A DNA stretch of 53,545 nt. Source: an uncultured Planctomycetaceae bacterium (GTDB taxonomy: Bacteria > Planctomycetota > Planctomycetia > Planctomycetales > Planctomycetaceae). Numbering within the stretch: the stretch's first letter is position 1; every line of letters starts with the position of its first letter. The DNA lies in the NCBI GenBank assembly GCA_964400945.1, contig CAYNWT010000001.1:1-53545 (forward strand), read 5' to 3'. The position numbers were made by a program, and so were the translations under genes. The notes below the pieces were generated by a model. That model did not search any database and had not been told where the DNA came from. It saw only the letters and a program-made list of their open reading frames with translations. Shown in pieces: positions 40,835 to 48,790 of this stretch.

Positions 40835-42327
40835 AGCTGCGGGTCGACGTCGCAATTCTTGGATCAGGGTTTGGCGGCAGCCTGCTGTCGCTGATTCTGA
40901 CAAAGCTTGGCAAGCGGTGTGCTCTCATCGACAAGACGGCTCATCCTCGCTTCGCAATCGGTGAATCATCGACGCCGCTGGCGGACTTTGTTCTCTCGGA
41001 TCTAGCAAGGGGTTACGACCTGCCAGACGTGTTGCCATTGGCTTCGTTTGGAACCTGGCAGCAACGCCATCCGCGAATCGGATGCGGGCTCAAGCGTGGA
41101 TTCAGCTACTTCCATCACTCGGCCGGACTGCCGTTTCGAACGGATGAGAACAACAGCAATCAGTTGCTGGTGGCCGCGAGCAGCAACAATGATGACTCAG
41201 ACACACACTGGTACCGCGCGGACGTAGATCAGTTCTTGTTCGATCAGGCGCGTGAGGCTGGCGTCGAGTGTTTTGAGAACACAAGTGACATCCAGATTGA
41301 TCGTGAGACGACTTGGAAAGTCATCGCTGCCGACGTCGACATTCGATGCGACTACATCATTGACGCATCCGGTGCGGCAGGTGTTTTGTTGAAGTACCTC
41401 GGCATACAGGATGCCACACACGAGTTGCAGACCAACTCGCGAGCGATCTACGGACACTTTGAGGGTGTGCGCCGCTTTCAGGATATTCTGCTGGATGGGG
41501 GAATTGACACAAACCAGCATCCATACACCTGCGACAACGCCGCGCTGCATCACGTGCTTGAAGACGCATGGATGTGGAACCTGCGATTCTCGAACGATCT
41601 CGTGAGTGCCGGGGTCTGTTTCGATGCGAATCGGACCAGTGCTCAGCTCGGTTCCACCGAAGCCTGGACTCGCTGCGTGGAACGCCACCCATCAATCGCT
41701 GCGCAGTTCGAAGTTGCATGCGTGCGGAAGGAAGTCGGGCTGCGCGCGTCTGGCCGATTGCAGCGAATGCGGTCATCAGCGGCTGGCGTGGGCTGGTTCG
41801 CCTTGCCGCACACTGTCGGGTTCATCGATCCGCTGCACAGTACGGGTATCGCGCATACGCTCTCGGCTGTCGAGCGGATTGCGCGGTTGTTCGAAACAAA
41901 GTCGCAAGACGATCAGGCAGCGATAAGGGACTACGACGAAACATTGCGGAAGGAACTTCGGTTCATCGACCGTCTCGTCAGCGGTTGCTACCAGACCCTT
42001 GGCCGACCACGGATGTTTAACGCCTGGTGCATGCTGTATTTCGCAGCAGCTCATTCGTGTGAGATGCGGCGGATCGATGGAGAGCTTGCGTTTGAGAAGG
42101 GCTTTCTCGGTGCGCTCATTCCGAAGTTGCGCAAAACAGTCGATGCACTGCAGTTGCCGCTGAGTATCTCGCTTCAGTCTGTTGATCCATCAGCCGTTGC
42201 GACGTTTGAGAGTGCAGTTCGGCACGCCATCAAGCCGTTCAATCTCGCAGGACTGATGAACGATGACGCGGGCAACATGTACGCCAACACCGCACCGCCG
42301 CGAAACCTTGGGCAATACGGCTATTGA
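40831..42327 (+). CDS. FAD-dependent oxidoreductase, flavin-dependent halogenase/monooxygenase-like
   Basis: ORF 40810..42327. The ATG at 40831 overlaps the radical SAM stop (ATGA). It has VDVAILGSGFGGS (GxGxxG), FAIGESSTP, GLKRGF and WMWNL (compare the halogenase WxWxIP motif). Confidence 0.7.
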   Translation: MKLRVDVAILGSGFGGSLLSLILTKLGKRCALIDKTAHPRFAIGESSTPLADFVLSDLARGYDLPDVLPLASFGTWQQRHPRIGCGLKRGFSYFHHSAGLPFRTDENNSNQLLVAASSNNDDSDTHWYRADVDQFLFDQAREAGVECFENTSDIQIDRETTWKVIAADVDIRCDYIIDASGAAGVLLKYLGIQDATHELQTNSRAIYGHFEGVRRFQDILLDGGIDTNQHPYTCDNAALHHVLEDAWMWNLRFSNDLVSAGVCFDANRTSAQLGSTEAWTRCVERHPSIAAQFEVACVRKEVGLRASGRLQRMRSSAAGVGWFALPHTVGFIDPLHSTGIAHTLSAVERIARLFETKSQDDQAAIRDYDETLRKELRFIDRLVSGCYQTLGRPRMFNAWCMLYFAAAHSCEMRRIDGELAFEKGFLGALIPKLRKTVDALQLPLSISLQSVDPSAVATFESAVRHAIKPFNLAGLMNDDAGNMYANTAPPRNLGQYGY

Positions 42328-43277
42328 ACTCCGCCGTAACCGCGTCGCTTTGGTTGCGGATTAACTTCGACCAGCAGTTTGTTCGGGCCATCAGGTGTGA
42401 CTTCGAATCTCAGTCCGCTGGTTTCGTACTTGCTGTGCAGAGTCGATACAGGAAGGCCATGGTCCTTCACGTGATCTGCAGTTCCATCATAGATGACAAT
42501 CTGCATCACGATCGCCTGGTTCATTCCAGCAGCAGCTCCATCGTCACGAGTATAGGTGCCGAGTACAAAGCTCCCGTCCTCCTTGATCGTGCCGTTGGCT
42601 GTTGTACCTGCTTCGGACCGCAACTCAATCTTGCCCGTCTTCACCGGCGCACCGTTCTTGAAGACAACTCGCCCGCTAACGGGATAGACAGGGACACGCC
42701 CGTTGTCGCACCCCTTCGGCATGAGAGCAACGCCGGCCACGAGAATCAGCCCCGCGAAAACGAGGTACAGCGGCTGCTCCCGAAACGTCTCCAGAATCTG
42801 TTCTTTCGAACTGAACTTCTCTCGGATCTCAACTTTCAAGGCCACACGCTCGGCTGACGGAGCAGGCTGAACCGGAATCGTTGCCGGACGCAGCTGCTGC
42901 ATGGCCACAGCAGCAGCTGCAGCGGTGACCGTGTTCGGTGTGGCCTCATCCGATTCCACAACGTCTTTGTCTTCGATCGCGGACTGGATTGGCGAGACTT
43001 CCACTATCTCCGATACGTCAGGTACCGGTTGTTCGATCGGGTGCGTCAGCACATCCATCGGATCAAACGGTTGGTCCGTTTCGCTTTCGGCCTCGGTCGC
43101 GGGTGCCTGGCCCAAATCTGTCGGTGGGTCGGACGCGTCATTCGAGACGGCGGCAGATTCCGACACGCTCGGTATGGCAAACTGACTGCCGCAGTCTGGA
43201 CAGTCACCCGCAGTCCCGGCGAGGTCATCGGTGATGCGCAGGCCCGCTTCGCAATGAGGGCACTTCATGCGGATCAT
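42321..43277 (-). CDS. zinc-ribbon / single-TM / carboxypeptidase-regulatory-like (transthyretin-fold) domain protein
   Basis: The N-terminus MKCPHCEAGLRI...GDCPDCGSQFAIP is an MJ0042-type zinc ribbon. It is followed by an acidic linker, a TM helix PLYLVFAGLILVAGVALM and a beta-rich C-terminus (VSGRVVFKNGAPVKTGKIELRS...GSFVLG). It lies immediately downstream of the DUF1559 gene. Confidence 0.65.
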   Translation of the reverse strand: MIRMKCPHCEAGLRITDDLAGTAGDCPDCGSQFAIPSVSESAAVSNDASDPPTDLGQAPATEAESETDQPFDPMDVLTHPIEQPVPDVSEIVEVSPIQSAIEDKDVVESDEATPNTVTAAAAAVAMQQLRPATIPVQPAPSAERVALKVEIREKFSSKEQILETFREQPLYLVFAGLILVAGVALMPKGCDNGRVPVYPVSGRVVFKNGAPVKTGKIELRSEAGTTANGTIKEDGSFVLGTYTRDDGAAAGMNQAIVMQIVIYDGTADHVKDHGLPVSTLHSKYETSGLRFEVTPDGPNKLLVEVNPQPKRRGYGGVQ

Positions 43278-43356
43278 GTTCGGTGACTCCGTGAACGCGG
43301 ATTCGGAACCAGCCCACAGCGGCGAAAACGCCAGGCTACTTATTCAAGATCGACTC

Positions 43357-44379
43357 TTAGAAGTCTTCCCAGGAGAACGAAGTTTGATCCTGACGATTTG
43401 TAAGGTAACCAAGAACCTGCGTGCTGATCGTAGTAGGAATCGCGCGAACGCTGCCATCAGCGAGTGCAAACTGAACAACGCCGGTGTGCGAACTGCCGAA
43501 TGCGAACTGACTTGCGCGGTGGTCGTTGGCGTCATGCGCAAGTGGAACGCCGGGACCGCCGATACGAGCGAAGTGTGACAGGAACCGACCGTTGTAGGCC
43601 GGACCGTTAAACGGTGGCGTGTTCTCCTCGCCAAATGGAACGTGTGGCTCGCCAATCAGTATCGTGTTGGACATGCCGTCCAGAATCTCTGCGATCGTGA
43701 CTTTGTCGATCCAGTCTTCGGTAATCTTGTCGTTTTCCCGAACGGGCCGTGAGGAGTTAATGACTCCGGTTCCGTTTCCGCCCCAATAGAAATCCGTGTC
43801 TTCTCCAAACGCCCCAGGGGACGGATCCCCATGGTTGCAGGCATAGTCGGCAACTGCGCCACCCAGCACGACCTGTGGCCACGCAGGACAACCACAATTC
43901 AAAACGCGCTCGAAGAATCTCCTCGGAGCAACGGCATTCAAAACGCGATGCCGGTCGGGGCAGAGGAACACAGAAACCACATGGTTTCGTACCTCAAGAG
44001 GGTGAGCACCGTAGACCTCATCCAGGTTCCAATGCTTCGCGAAATTTTGCTGCTCGATGAACGGCAGAATCCGAACGAACCACGAAGGTTCATCCATCGC
44101 CTCGTAGTCAGTGACACCACCACCCGGTTCGGCACGTGGCAGATCTTCAATGATGCGAGCCGGCGGGAACGCGTCGTAAGTGTCGTGGAATAGATGCGTC
44201 CCCAACGCCATCTGTTTGAGATTGTTCTTGCACTGCGTGCGGCGTGCCGCAGCGCGAGCCTGCTGAACGGCTGGCAGTAGCAATGAAACAAGGATGCCGA
44301 TAATTGCGATCACGACGAGGAGTTCGATTAGAGTGAATCCACGTCGGCGATCATTGCTGACAAAAGATGTGGCTCGCAT
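43357..44379 (-). CDS. DUF1559 domain protein (prepilin-type N-terminal methylation/cleavage motif, H-x9-DG C-terminus)
   Basis: ORF 43357..44601, start moved to the ATG at 44379 ([42 protein letters not shown]). The C-terminal [17 protein letters not shown] motif is present. Confidence 0.85.
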   Translation of the reverse strand: MRATSFVSNDRRRGFTLIELLVVIAIIGILVSLLLPAVQQARAAARRTQCKNNLKQMALGTHLFHDTYDAFPPARIIEDLPRAEPGGGVTDYEAMDEPSWFVRILPFIEQQNFAKHWNLDEVYGAHPLEVRNHVVSVFLCPDRHRVLNAVAPRRFFERVLNCGCPAWPQVVLGGAVADYACNHGDPSPGAFGEDTDFYWGGNGTGVINSSRPVRENDKITEDWIDKVTIAEILDGMSNTILIGEPHVPFGEENTPPFNGPAYNGRFLSHFARIGGPGVPLAHDANDHRASQFAFGSSHTGVVQFALADGSVRAIPTTISTQVLGYLTNRQDQTSFSWEDF

Positions 44380-44640
44380 GGCACGCGCCCGGGGGTTGGG
44401 GAAAAGTCGCTTGGGAAAAACGCCTCTTATCACTCTAGCCCCAACCGCTGCGGACGCAAAAAGAGATCGCCCCAAGGCGCGCGATTTGCCGACTTTGTGC
44501 AGGTCTTGTGGCCTGAACCACTCTAACCCGCTCGGTTCTGACCCCGAATGTATGCGGATCGACAAATCGCCTGACCGGCCTCTCACTTCCGAAAACACCA
44601 CCGCAATGCACCTACCGGCACCTTGTGAAGTGGGAGCTTC

Positions 44641-45573
44641 CTAAGCTTTCGCGTAGTCGAACATCGGCGTGGACAGGTACCGTTCGCCCGAATCCGGCAG
44701 GACGACCACGATCGTCTTGCCTTCGCTTTCCGGTCGAGCAGCCACCTTCAGGGCTGCGGACATGGCCGCGCCGCAACTGATGCCGCAGGTGATCCCTTCC
44801 ATACGGGCCAAACGCGGAGCCATCTCCATGGCTTCGTCGTCGGTAACCTGAACCACTTCGTCTATGAGGTCCATGTCCAGGATGCCGGGCTTGAAGCCAG
44901 CGCCAATTCCCTGGATGCGATGCTTGCCTGGCGATCCGCCGGAAAGAACGGGGCTGCCGGTCGGTTCGACGGCAACCGAGTGGATATTCATCCCCTTCTC
45001 TTTCTTAAAGTATCGCGAGACACCAGTGATGGTTCCCCCCGTACCGACCCCAGCGACGAAGATATCAATCTTGCCTTCCGTGTCCTCAAAGATTTCCGGA
45101 CCGGTGGTCTTCACGTGAATGGCCGGATTAGCTGGGTTCTCAAACTGCTGCGGCATATACCAGCCGTCTTGTTCCGCCAGTTCAGCCGCGCGATTAATCG
45201 CACCCTTCATACCTTCTGCACCGGGAGTCAATTCCAGGTTCGCTCCGAACGACTTCAGCATCATGCGACGTTCGAGCGACATGCTGTCGGGCATTGTCAG
45301 CGTCAGGCTGTATCCTCGCGCCGCGCAGACGTAGGCGAGCGCGATACCGGTATTGCCGCTGGTAGGCTCGACAACGTTCATACCTGGTTTCAGCACGCCA
45401 CGTTCTTCGGCGTCCCAGATCATGGCGGCACCAATGCGGCACTTGACGCTGTAGGCCGGGTTGCGGCCTTCGATCTTGGCCAGGACTGTGGCCTTCAGAC
45501 CTTCGGTGACCTTGTTGATACGGACGAGTGGTGTGCGACCGATAGCGAGAGAATTGTCTTCGTAGATGGGCAT
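44641..45573 (-). CDS. cysK: cysteine synthase A (O-acetylserine sulfhydrylase)
   Basis: 310 aa, with [11 protein letters not shown] (PLP lysine), [10 protein letters not shown] and [10 protein letters not shown]. Confidence 0.93.
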   Translation of the reverse strand: MPIYEDNSLAIGRTPLVRINKVTEGLKATVLAKIEGRNPAYSVKCRIGAAMIWDAEERGVLKPGMNVVEPTSGNTGIALAYVCAARGYSLTLTMPDSMSLERRMMLKSFGANLELTPGAEGMKGAINRAAELAEQDGWYMPQQFENPANPAIHVKTTGPEIFEDTEGKIDIFVAGVGTGGTITGVSRYFKKEKGMNIHSVAVEPTGSPVLSGGSPGKHRIQGIGAGFKPGILDMDLIDEVVQVTDDEAMEMAPRLARMEGITCGISCGAAMSAALKVAARPESEGKTIVVVLPDSGERYLSTPMFDYAKA

Positions 45574-45628
45574 GGTGTTTCTCCTGTGGTGTACCGAACG
45601 CGGATTATTGAAGAACCGGTCCGGGGCG

Positions 45629-45653
45629 CGTAGTGGAACTCGCCAGAGTTCCC
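45629..45653. repeat. 25-nt hairpin motif CGTAGTGGAACTCG-NNN-GAGTTCCC, copy 1
   Basis: GGAACTC-gcca-GAGTTCC stem-loop in the cysK / coiled-coil gene divergent spacer. It is 22/25 identical to copy 2 at 47549-47573. Confidence 0.6.
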
Positions 45654-45784
45654 TAAATCAACAAATGCGTGTTTGAGACCGCCCCTGCGGGCAGGGAGGC
45701 TTCCGAGTAGCCAACCCAACGTAATTCCAGCCGCCTCATGCAACTGGAAGTTGGTAGACAAATCGATCTCAGAAGCGAATCCTG

Positions 45785-47545
45785 TTGATGACCGGAAATT
45801 GCCGAAATAAGATGAAAACAGCGGCGAACACCTTTCGCCGCCTCTTTTTCCTGCGGAGCCTCGCCATGAGCGACCTGCCGAACGCCTCCTCGCTGATCAA
45901 TCGAGTTTCCACCCGCATGCGGATCTCCGCACTCGCGCGGGCGTTCTACAAGGCATTCCTGTGGGTCGGCGGGATCTACCTGGTCGCGTTGTTGGTGAGT
46001 CGATTGACGGGTGTCATCCCGCACAACTGGTTCCCGCTGGAGAGTGCTCTGGCGGTTCCTTGTCTGGCAATCCTGCTGGCGGCGGTTTTCCACAAGCGGC
46101 CAACCGTCCGCGACTCGGCACGCGAGATCGACATCCACTCAGATTCCAAAGATCTGTTCCTCACCGTCTCGGGGCTCGACCAGACAGCCGGCAAGTACCA
46201 GGAACTGGTCAAGCGCGATGCAGAGAATCGGTCGGAGAAGATCGAACCAGAGAAAGTCGTCCCATATCAGGTCGGCAATCGTGTCGGGCCAATGATCTTC
46301 ACAACCGCAGCCGTGTTGGCACTGACTCTGTTTGTTCCACAGCTTGATCCGTTCGGCAAAGTCGAAGCAGCCGAAGCCAAATCGAAGATTGCCGACACAC
46401 TTCGCAAGAGTAAGAAGGCAACACTGCAACGCGCAGAGCAGTTGAAGAAGGACAAAGAGAAACAGGGCGACGAAACAGTCGTGCAGAAAGAACTAAACAA
46501 GCTCAAAGCTTCACTCAAGAAGATGAAGCCTGGCAAAGTCAAGAAGGCCGAGCAGTCGAAGGTTCTGATCGACAAGAAGAAGAACCTGAACTCACTGTTC
46601 AACAAGAAGAGCAGGAACTCGGCTCTGCGGGAAATGCTTAGCAAGCAAATCTCCAACCAGAGCTTTGGCGGGATGCAAAACGAGAAAGAGAAGGAATGGC
46701 TGAAGGACCTTAAAGCGGGCAAGACCGACAAGCTGCTGGGTGAACTCAACAGCCTCCAAGAGCAACTCAAGCAGCTTTCCGAAGAGAAGGATCCGGTCGA
46801 AAAGGCGAAGAAGGCTCGCGAGCTGAAGAAGCAGTTGCAGAAGATGGCCGACTTCGCCAACAACAAAGCCAACTCAAAGCAGATGGCGCAGGCGCTTGAA
46901 CGAGCTATGCAGCAGATGGAAGCCGGCGAGCAGAACCAGGAGATGTCAAAAGAAGCAATGGAAGCCGCCATCGAGTCTTTGGAACTCAGCAAATCCGAAA
47001 TGGAAAACCTCGCGCAGGCTGCCAAGGAACTCCAGAAGCTGGAAGAGGCACTCAAAGCGGTTCAGATGGCTCGTCAACTAAACGAGAACGGCGAGCTGGA
47101 CGGTTCCGAAATGGAAGGCATGGAGTCGATCGAAGACTACGCCGAGATGTACGAACAAATGATGGCCGAACGAGGTGAAGGCGGCGATGGTGAAGGAGAT
47201 GGCATGGGCGGCGAAGGCTCAGGCCGCGGCGACGTCGCAGAAGAAGACGATTCGCAGACGACAGGCTTCAAGAAGGAAGAATCAAAGGCTCAGGTTCAGG
47301 CCGGCAAGAACATCCTGAGCATTAAGACCAAGGGCATGTCCGAAGCCGGTGAGTTCAAGAAGCAACTTGGCGACAGCGTGCGTGCACTTAAGTCCGGCGT
47401 CTCAGAAGCGATTCGTAAAGAGAATGTCCCCCCTGGTTACCGCGAGGGCATCCAGAAATATTTCCGCAACATCGAAGGTGGCGACGAAGGTTCCCAATCG
47501 TCAGGCAGCGAATCAAAAGCATCTGACGCTGGTGCCGATGAGTAA
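45785..47545 (+). CDS. membrane-anchored Lys/Glu-rich coiled-coil protein (start uncertain: 45785/45788, 45812 or 45866)
   Basis: ORF track. It has N-terminal TM helices (FLWVGGIYLVALLV, ALAVPCLAILLAAVF, MIFTTAAVLALTLFV), ~300 aa of K/E/Q coiled coil, an acidic Gly-rich stretch, and a C-terminal VPPGYREGIQKYFRNI motif. Confidence 0.7.
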   Translation: MMTGNCRNKMKTAANTFRRLFFLRSLAMSDLPNASSLINRVSTRMRISALARAFYKAFLWVGGIYLVALLVSRLTGVIPHNWFPLESALAVPCLAILLAAVFHKRPTVRDSAREIDIHSDSKDLFLTVSGLDQTAGKYQELVKRDAENRSEKIEPEKVVPYQVGNRVGPMIFTTAAVLALTLFVPQLDPFGKVEAAEAKSKIADTLRKSKKATLQRAEQLKKDKEKQGDETVVQKELNKLKASLKKMKPGKVKKAEQSKVLIDKKKNLNSLFNKKSRNSALREMLSKQISNQSFGGMQNEKEKEWLKDLKAGKTDKLLGELNSLQEQLKQLSEEKDPVEKAKKARELKKQLQKMADFANNKANSKQMAQALERAMQQMEAGEQNQEMSKEAMEAAIESLELSKSEMENLAQAAKELQKLEEALKAVQMARQLNENGELDGSEMEGMESIEDYAEMYEQMMAERGEGGDGEGDGMGGEGSGRGDVAEEDDSQTTGFKKEESKAQVQAGKNILSIKTKGMSEAGEFKKQLGDSVRALKSGVSEAIRKENVPPGYREGIQKYFRNIEGGDEGSQSSGSESKASDAGADE

Positions 47546-47548
47546 GTC

Positions 47549-47573
47549 CGTAGTGGAACTCGTTCGAGTTCCC
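47549..47573. repeat. 25-nt hairpin motif CGTAGTGGAACTCG-NNN-GAGTTCCC, copy 2
   Basis: GGAACTCG-tt-CGAGTTCC, 3 nt after the coiled-coil gene stop. Confidence 0.6.
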
Positions 47574-47600
47574 GGAGCGCAGCCGGCTATGCATTGTCTG

Positions 47601-47635
47601 CCCCTGACTTTACGTCAGGGGTTTAGCGGCTTTTG
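47601..47635 (+). terminator. intrinsic terminator-like hairpin after the coiled-coil gene
   Basis: Perfect 8-bp stem CCCCTGAC/GTCAGGGG with loop tttac, followed by TTTAGCGGCTTTTG. An inverted 12-nt copy of the stem-loop core (gacgtaaagtca) recurs at ~47689-47700. Confidence 0.45.
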
Positions 47636-47743
47636 CACTATTCCGTCGCGTCTTGATAATCCAGTAGTGCACAAGCCGTGGGCCCACCGACGTAAAGTCA
47701 GTCGTGGAGAAAGGCTCTCCCATTCGCGCGGTGAGGTCGCTCG

Positions 47744-48790
47744 ATGAACGGCGGCAACAAACTCGTTGTGCCGCTGGCGATCGTTGCACTGGCCGCAGGG
47801 CTGTTCGGCATTTCCGCATGGCGCAATGCTCAGGACGCTAACGACGATGCACTCGTCGTCTACTGTGCTCACGACGCCGTCTTCTCCGAGGCGGTCATCA
47901 AGCGGTTCGAAGAAGAAACCGGCATCCGCGTGCGAACTCGGTTTGATGAGGAAGCGAGCAAGTCGCTTGGGCTCGTGAATCAGATCATCGCTGAGCGTGA
48001 CAATCCGCGGTGCGATGTGTTTTGGAACAACCAGCTTCTCAACACACTGCAGCTCAAAGACGCGGGCGTGCTCGAACCGTACAAGGGCCCCGGCTACAAG
48101 CGCATGCCCGATCGCTACAAAGACGAAGACGGACTTTGGACTGGCTTTGCCGGTCGACTACGAGTTTTCATCGTGAACACAGAACGCATGGAGTGTTCTG
48201 AAAACACGATCAAAAAACGACTGGCTGGCGATCTAAGCAACGTGGCAATCGCCAAGCCTCTGTTCGGGACAACTCGTTCTCACTACTCAGTGCTGTGGGA
48301 ACAACTCGGAGCTGACAAGACAAAGCAGTGGCATCGCAGTCTGCATCAGCGATCGATTCGAGAACTCCCAGGGAACTCCACAGTGCGGAACGTTGTTGCC
48401 GATGGCGTTTGTGATTTTGGTTTCACAGACACCGACGACTACTTCGGAGCCGTTGATCGTGACAAGCCAGTCGATGCCCTGCCGGTTCGACTTGATGATG
48501 GTTCCACCATCTGTATTCCGAACACGATCGGGATCATCAAGGGAACAAAACGCCGCGAGCGAGCGGAGAAATTCCTGGATTGGCTGCTGTCTGCCGAACA
48601 GGAGCTAGCGATGGCCGATTCCGCCTCGCGACAGATTCCGCTCGGCAAGCTGACACGGGCCGACGAAGCAAAGATCCCCGAGGACGTAAAGCTGCTGCGC
48701 GAATGGGCGATGGACGGATTCGATCTAAAACGCACAATGGAGTCGCAGGCAGCCTGCCTTGATTGGCTGAAGGCGGAGTACCTTCAGTGA
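47744..48790 (+). CDS. ABC transporter periplasmic substrate-binding protein, Fe(III)/thiamine (family 1) type
   Basis: 348 aa with an N-terminal anchor LVVPLAIVALAAGLFG. LVVYCAHD..F.E.VIKRFEEETGI.V and DVFWNN are typical of FbpA/AfuA/ThiB-like binding proteins. Confidence 0.75.
   Translation: MNGGNKLVVPLAIVALAAGLFGISAWRNAQDANDDALVVYCAHDAVFSEAVIKRFEEETGIRVRTRFDEEASKSLGLVNQIIAERDNPRCDVFWNNQLLNTLQLKDAGVLEPYKGPGYKRMPDRYKDEDGLWTGFAGRLRVFIVNTERMECSENTIKKRLAGDLSNVAIAKPLFGTTRSHYSVLWEQLGADKTKQWHRSLHQRSIRELPGNSTVRNVVADGVCDFGFTDTDDYFGAVDRDKPVDALPVRLDDGSTICIPNTIGIIKGTKRRERAEKFLDWLLSAEQELAMADSASRQIPLGKLTRADEAKIPEDVKLLREWAMDGFDLKRTMESQAACLDWLKAEYLQ

Noticed and set aside
46267-47055. 262-aa Ser/Phe/Leu-rich minus-strand ORF inside the coiled-coil gene
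   Set aside because: It is the reverse-complement reading of AAG/GAA/GAG-rich (Lys/Glu) codons. The plus-strand frame is longer and has TM helices plus a coherent coiled-coil periodicity.
47546-47743. Riboswitch (for example TPP) upstream of the Fe(III)/thiamine-type binding protein gene
   Set aside because: I looked for the TPP core (CUGAGA ... ACCUGAUCUGGAUAAUGCCAGCG) and found nothing convincing on the plus strand. Only a vague GGATTATC-like string occurs on the wrong strand. The hairpins are better explained as a terminator plus repeat motif.
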